Under the pieces are notes generated by a model, which saw nothing but the letters and a program-made list of their open reading frames with translations, was not told the DNA's origin and searched no databases. The translations under genes were made by a program, and so were the position numbers. A stretch of DNA of 28,797 nucleotides, taken from the NCBI GenBank assembly GCA_043228905.1, contig JBHGNT010000393.1:1-28797 (forward strand), read 5' to 3'. This DNA comes from Azolla caroliniana. Its lineage: Eukaryota; Plantae; Polypodiophyta. This document shows, in pieces, positions 22,901 through 28,797 of the stretch (the first letter of the stretch is position 1; every line of letters begins with the position of its first letter).

Positions 22901-23947
22901 TAGAAGGTTCGATTCATTTATGGCAAGTCAAGTCATTTATGTTAAGCATTTTTCTGAAGGTAATTTTATAATTCTTTATTGTATGTCGATGATATGCTAA
23001 TTGTAGGACAAGATGTAGAAAATATCCACACATAAAAGGTGGATCTATCTAAGGCCTTTGACATGAAAGATCTAGGTCATGCTAAGCATATTTTAGGCAT
23101 GAAAATTACTCACAATAGGGAATGTGGAAAGTTGTGGCTTTCTCAAGAAAAATACATAGAACGAGTATTAGAAAGGTTTAATATGCATAATGCAAAACCA
23201 GTAAGTACCCCCCTTACTAGTCATTTTAAATTATGTAGAAAAGACAGTCCACATACCGAGCAAGAGAAAGAAGAGATGTCCTCAATTCCTTACCCTTCAG
23301 CGATTGGTTCGTTGATGTATGCTATGGTTAGCAGAAGGCCAGATATTGCCCATGCCGTTAGTGTTGTAAGTAGATATCTCTCCAATCTGGGTAAGTCTCA
23401 CTGGGATGCCGTAAAATGGATCTTTCGATATTTAAGAGGTACATCCAAATTATGTTTATGTTTTGGAGATTCTAAACAAACTCTTGACGGTTTTTCAGAT
23501 TTAGATATGGCAGGGGATCTTGATGGGAGAAAATCTACTTTGGCTTACTTATTTACATTTGTAGGGGCAGTCGTGTCATGGCAATCTAAGTTGCAAAAAT
23601 GTGTTGCTTTGTCTACAATAGAAGCGGAATATATTGCAGCCACTAAAGCTGCCAAAGAGATGCTATGGTTGAAATGGTTTGTTTCAGATTTGGGTTTAAG
23701 TCAACTAACTTATGTGATATTTTGTGACAGCCAAAGTGCAATAGATCTGACCAAGAACTCAATGTACCATTCTCGTACAAAACATATTGATTTAAGGTAT
23801 CATTAGCTGTGCTCGGCAATTGAAGATCAACTTCTACAACTCAAGAAAATTTACATAGATGAAAATGTTGCTGACATGTTAACGAAGGTAGTCTCTAAAG
23901 AAATGCTTGAGTTATGTGTCAAGCTGGCTGGAATGAACAAAAACTAA
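19978..23947 (+). pseudogene. Gag-pol of F (gag, PR, INT, RT, RNase H), multiply disrupted
   Basis: LNGINYHKWK, WVVDSGASFH, VTFIDDYSR, ERMNRTL, KARLVVKGF, QLDVKTAFLHG, SRTKHID. Confidence 0.94.
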
Positions 23948-23990
23948 GTGATTCAAAGGAATCTTCTCCTATGTAGCCAGAGGTGGAGAT

Positions 23991-24580
23991 TGTTAGGTTT
24001 TTTTGTCCACATTAATAAGGAAATAAAATGGAACTTGGAAATAGTGTAAAAGGAGTTCACACAAGAAGACGTTACATATCTACACTATGTAACTCATTCG
24101 TTTTTTAGTGTGTTAAAACGGGAAAAACGAACATTTTCTCTGCTGCAACAAAGAAAAACAGATTTCAGAGTGACCTACTCTCTTTCTTAGCTAATTCCTT
24201 CAATCTTTCTGAAGTACACTAACACACTCAGACATCCGGACATCGCCGCCTCCATCATCAGCCACGTGTTGTGAGTTTTGGTGGTTTTTGCGTTACTTTT
24301 TTGTTGAGTTTTTATTTTTGAGGAAACATCATATTCCTTGATTGCTCATAGTACTCTAACTTGTTTAGAGTAGAACTTTGGTGTATCAGATTTATATTGA
24401 TAGTGAATTAGTTCTGGAGTAGGTCCCGTGGTTTTTACCTCTTTGAGGGTTTTCCACGTTAAAAATTTATGGTGTATTATGTATTGATTTGTTCTGTATC
24501 TTTCTTGTTTTCTTTTTAAATCTTGCACAACATATTTTCTGTTTTACATAAGTGTTTAAGTGCTACTAAGTTTCGGAATA
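23991..24580 (+). repeat. 3' LTR of F (590 bp; terminal CA mutated to TA)
   Basis: TGTTAGG start after the PPT; TSD follows. Confidence 0.85.
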
Positions 24581-25084
24581 GTGGATATGAGGAGCGAGGT
24601 CGAGTAAAAAGCTCATAATTTCCTCGTCAAATGTCCAAATTAGGAAAGAAAAGATGAATAACAAAACTAACCTAAAGAGCTTTCCAAGAATATCTTGCAT
24701 GTGAAATTTGAGGCTAGAAAACATAAATAGTAAGGAAAAGAAAAGTCGACTGATATAGACAAGCATTTTTTTAGGGGAAAAAAGAAAGCAATTCTAAACC
24801 TATAAATAAGAGCCTATTCTAGTGAAGAAGGGAGGGAGGGAGAAGGAACATGGAAGCTCTACTCAATTGGAAAGCAGAAGAAGAAGGATCAACAATATCG
24901 AGAGGCATCACGAACAAAGAAACTCCTTCTATACTCCACTCTCTTCTTTCCTCCACCTCTCTTCCCCCATTCCTTTATAAACGATCATTCATATTCTCAT
25001 CCAACCCATTGTAACATGATTCTTATATTATAAAAGAATCTATTATATTGATATAAACTAATGTTTTCTTTCATCTACTTGTCT

Positions 25085-26530
25085 TATGTGTAAATCTTGA
25101 TTGTGCTTATTTGTTATCGTCATTTGTGCTTATTTGTTTGTGTCTTCTGACAAGGGAGCGTTTCGGGCTTGCCCATGCACCCCTCCTTTCACAAAGGCAT
25201 TCAAAACTATGTGTCTTATATGTTATCGCCGTTTGTGCTTATTTGTTTGTATCTTGTCACAAGGGAGCGTTTCGAGCTTGCCCATGCACCTCTCCTTTCA
25301 CAAAGGCATTCAAAACTATGTGTCTTATACGTTATCGTCGTTTGTGCTTATTTGTTTGTGTGTCTTGTGACAAGGGAGCATTTCGGGCTTGCTTTCACAA
25401 AGCCATTCAAACTTACGTGTCTTGCATGTTAGTGTAAATCTTGCTTGTGTGTTCGTGCGACTTGTGGCAAGGGAGATTCAGGCTTGCCCATGCACCTCTC
25501 CTTTCACAAAGGCGTTCGAATTCGTGTCTTGCATGCTAGTGTAAATCTTGCTTGTATGTTCGCGCGACTTGTGGCAAGGGAGCGTTCGGGCTTGCCCATG
25601 CACCTCTCCTTTCACAAAGGCGTTCAAAATTATGTCTCCCATGTGTAAACCTTGCTTGTGTGTTCATGCGACTTGTGCCAAGGGAGCGTTCAGGCTTGCC
25701 CATGCACCTCTCCTTTCACAAAGGCGTTCGAAATTGTGTCTCTCGTGTGTAAACCTTGCTTGTGTGTTCATGCGACTTGTGGCAATGGAGCGTTCGGGCT
25801 TGCCCATGCACCTCTCCTTTCACAAAGTCATTCGAAATTGTGTCTCCCGTGTGTAAACCTTGCTTGTGTGTTCGTGCAACTTGTGGCAAGGGAGCGTTCG
25901 GGCTTGCCCATGCACCTCTCCTTTCACAAAGACGTTCGAAATTGTGTCTCCCATGTGTAAACCTTGCTTGTGTGTTCGTGCGACTTGTGGCAAGGGAGCG
26001 TTCGGGCTTGCCCATGCACCTCTCCTTTCATGAAGGCGTTCGAAATTGTGTCTCCCCTGTGTAAACCTTGCTTGTGTGTTTGTGTGACTTGTGGCAAGGG
26101 AGCGTTTGGGCTTGCCCATGCACCTCTCCTTTCACAAACACGTTCGAAATTGTGTCTCCTATTTGTAAACCTTGCTTGTGTGTTCGTGTGTCTTGTAACA
26201 AGGGAGCATTTGGGCTTGCCCATGCACCTCTCTTTTCACAAAGGCATTCGAAACTCTGTCTCTCGTGTGTCTAAGTAAGCCTTTTCCTTGTGTGTTCGCG
26301 TGTCATGTAACAAGGGAGTGTTCGAGCTTGCCCACGCACCTATCGTTTCACAAAGGCATTCGAAACTCTGTCTCTCGTGTGTGTAAGTAACCCTTTTCCT
26401 TGTGTGTCCATGTGTAAGACTTCGTCACGTGCATTCGTTTGCCTTGTGACTAGGGGTTGATTCGGACTTGCACATGCACCTCTCCTTTTCACAAAAACGT
26501 TTGAATACTCGTGCCTTGTTTGTGTAAGCC
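25085..26530 (+). repeat. Tandem array, ~13 units of ~104 bp
   Basis: AAGGGAG anchor at 25152, 25261, 25372, 25469, 25576, 25680, 25784 (AATGGAG), 25888, 25992, 26096, 26200, 26312, ~26451 (degenerate). Confidence 0.95.
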
Positions 26531-26626
26531 TTCCTTGTGTTGTGGGTGTGAGCCCTATTTCCTTCCCATCCATAACCCTGGCAGTTCCGCCTCACGATCC
26601 CCACATAGTGACAGAATTTCACGACA

Positions 26627-27639
26627 CCGGAATCAACATACCACACCTCGCTCAATTTCGAGGTGTTCACGGACATCGAATGGTCCTGGTGCTTCATTAT
26701 GAAGGTTGGGCCCGATCCATTTCCGACTGGTTCGGAGCCCTCAGCGTAGTACGATTTCTAATGCCTTCCTTTGTCTCTTCTGCTCGATCCAGCTTTGTCT
26801 GAATCAGCTCTCTTTTTCTCGTACTCGCTCTCCTTGCCACAGTACCAGCATTCCGTCGCGGCCTTCTCTTGCCGGCTTCCGGTGCCGCCATAACTCCCCC
26901 TGCTTCCGGAGGGTTCGGAACTGCTTCCAGCGTTTCGATTATGCCACACGTTATGCTCTTTACATTTGCCTCCATTGCGCCCTAATCTGCCTTGTCCACC
27001 ACGACCACAGGGCCTATCTTCCTCCGTGTAAAACATCTTGTCATCGGCGTGCGCACTGGTCGATTCACCCACGTGATTTTCCTCCACAAGCAACATCGAC
27101 TGAAGCTCGAAGAACGAAGGCATATTCTCCCTTGTGCAGACTACCATTCGGAGTGCACCGAACTTTGATGCTAACTCTCCAGGACAAACCTACACCATTT
27201 CCTCCTCCTCGACGTTCACATTGATGGAGGCGAGAGAATCGCAGATCTTCTTGGTTCGAGCCTTGTAGTTGGCCACAGACAGATCTTTCTGTCGGACATT
27301 GCTGAGCTCCTACCTGAGTTACAGCTTCCTAGCCGTTGTGCCAGCAGCGAAAATCCTCTTGAGATTCGCCCACGCATCCTTTGGCGTCATAGCATTGCGA
27401 ATGTAGCTCAAGAGCTTGTTGCTCACACAGGACGCGAAGCAGTAAAGAACTCTGCTTGCCGCTTGTTCCCAAGCCGAAAAATCTCTGTGTGTCGATTTGG
27501 GCATTGTATCATTAGCTGCTTCGACATAACTCCAGTAGCCGTGACCAAGAAGGTACTGGTGCATCCTGTACGACCAAGACGCGTAGTTGCTCTTGTCGAG
27601 CTTCTCAGTCAGTAGCGAGCTTCCCATTCCTCTGTCCAT
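26627..27639 (-). pseudogene. Gag to protease start of G, cut at WYVDSG by E
   Basis: EKLDKSNYASWSYRMHQYLLGHGYWSY, PSFFELQSMLLVEENHV, CWYCGK. Confidence 0.88.
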
Positions 27640-28018
27640 ATTGTTGTCTTATCCTTTCCAAAAACAATAACTTAACTCTGTCTTTATCGCAAGCTTATAT
27701 GTCGACTACAGAGGAGTCTCAACCCTCGCGCTCTATTACCATGTAAAAGAATAAGTGTGCGGAAGCGTATGTGTAAGTCATAGAGTACACAGTTCGGAAG
27801 TACAACAATTCGGTAGAACACAGAAATCACAAAGAAGGAGAGGGAGAGACAGAGACAGAAGAAAATGAAACTATATTCAAAAAATAATTCCCTAGATGTT
27901 CTCGGTACATATTTCGTGCTTAGTGAGCACCTTTTATACAAGCCCCAACTATTGGGCTGACACAAGTACTGACAGTACTTGCTGCTCATAAATGAGCCTT
28001 CTACACTAACTCCCAAAA
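26627..28018 (-). mobile_element. Element G: 5' part of a copia related to B (LTR 27742-28018, degenerate Met-i PBS 27730-27741)
   Basis: Minus strand ...TTTTACA-TGGTAATAGAGC followed by gag homologous to B. Confidence 0.85.
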
Positions 28019-28163
28019 CTATTCCTTACGAGGAATAACGTTCTAACGACCTCCCGGTTTACCCACCACTACGGCCATGTTGTGCATACGGTTTTACACA
28101 CCCAGTTTACGTATTGGGTTATGCACCCATTTACGCACCCAATGTTGAGCTTGTCTCTCAACA
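28019..28163 (-). repeat. Element I: start of a B-related copia LTR, interrupted by G
   Basis: Minus strand TGTTGAGAGACAAGCTCAACATTGG resembles the B LTR start TGTTGAGAGTCAAGCTCAACTTGG. Confidence 0.7.
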
Positions 28164-28797
28164 GTGATGCACATGAAGATGACGGCATACATACGGTGCT
28201 TCATCGATATGAGCTTGTCCAACAACTTCAATGAAGAAAGTAAGGCTCATGTGCTCTGGGAGAAAATCGACACCATGTTGGAGAGCAAAAACGCCGTAAA
28301 TCGGATTTCTGTATTCTGGAACTTGGTGAGACTTGAAGTAAATGCATTCCAAGGGCTTATAAATCTAACAATTTCACTTGAAGTACCTCTGGCCGACGAT
28401 GTCCTTGCATTGCTCCTGCTCGGTTCTCTCTCAGATAGTTGCTAGTTTCACGTTAGGGAATGCCGGGCCAAAAGGAAAGCATTTGTCCCTAGCAAGGGTA
28501 AAATCAAGCTTGCTAGATGAAGAAGCTCACCTAAAGGATCATGAATCCGGAACCGACTCGAAGGCTTTGCTTACAAAAGACAACCAAAACCGGAGAAGAG
28601 GGCGAAATCGGAATCCCCAAAACCGGGATAAATAGGGGACGAGATCAAAATCAAGGGGAAGGCCTACTTGCTTCTACTGTGGAGAGCGGAGGCATTTCCA
28701 GAAGAACTATCGGCACTTCCGGAAAGAGAATAGGACCGATAGCACCAATTCGAAGTAGAGTTCAGACCAAAATGGTTCAGACCGGAGGGGTCCGGAT
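28164..28797 (+). pseudogene. Element H: Tork-like copia gag fragment
   Basis: AHVLWEKIDTMLESKN, ALLLLGSLSDS, VKSSLLDEE, RSKSR..TCFYCG; homologous to F gag. Confidence 0.8.

Larger units (their letters stand above)
19446..24580 (+). mobile_element. Element F: full-length Tnt1/Tork-like copia, TSD GTGGA
   Basis: Paired LTRs, Met-i PBS at 19948, PPT at 23979-23990; GTGGA at 19441-19445 and 24581-24585. Confidence 0.92.
19289..26626 (+). repeat. 3' LTR of E (~2.2 kb: 19289-19445 plus 24586-26626), interrupted by F and containing the tandem array
   Basis: TGTCGT after a PPT-like tract; ACGACA terminus at 26626 cuts the G protease motif; TATAAATA at 24801. No partner LTR in the window to confirm. 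Confidence 0.7.

Noticed and set aside
19446-24580. Horizontal transfer of the AT-rich Tork-like element F
   Set aside because: A composition difference alone is insufficient; this needs a phylogeny and the host identity
25085-26530. CRISPR-like array or repeat-protein genes (99-104 aa ORFs on both strands)
   Set aside because: Units are homologous over their full length with no unique spacers or cas genes; the ORFs recur because of the 104-bp period
5498-28018. B and G as two ends of one element or a large inverted repeat
   Set aside because: Both are 5' halves with their own PBS and gag, different LTRs and substantial divergence
28020-28037. Hairpin TATTCCT-TACG-AGGAATA
   Set aside because: Single short stem at an insertion junction with no second copy to support function

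Overview
The window is eukaryotic, plant-type heterochromatin made entirely of nested, mostly decayed LTR retrotransposons; I see no host genes. The lineage mix suggests a bryophyte or other non-seed plant (inference). Elements left to right: A, Tcn1-like Ty3/gypsy chromovirus (1-4842, +); B0, 3' end of a Tnt1/Tork-like copia (4843-5497, -); B, 5' half of a copia (5498-7745, +); C, 3' half of a non-chromovirus 'Phygy-like' gypsy (7746-~11091, -); E, 3' part of a second Phygy-like gypsy (~11090-26626, +). E hosts D, a full-length Phygy-like gypsy (11847-19063, 783-bp LTRs, ACGT TSD, tRNA-Trp PBS), F, a full-length Tork-like copia (19446-24580, GTGGA TSD), and a ~104-bp tandem array inside its own LTR. 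Then come G, 5' part of a copia (26627-28018, -); I, a copia LTR fragment (28019-28163, -); and H, Tork-like gag (28164-end, +). One deletion at ~11090 explains the missing halves of B, C, E and G. Most notable: (1) an antisense tRNA-like Pol III A-box/B-box module with identical spacing in the LTRs of two unrelated gypsy lineages; (2) strong CAG/CTG depletion despite high CpG in B and D but not in B's relative G; (3) all three Phygy-like insertions flanked by CpG-centred 4-mers; (4) a covarying hairpin before their PPTs; (5) a -1 frameshift signal with probable pseudoknot in A. All counts are manual.
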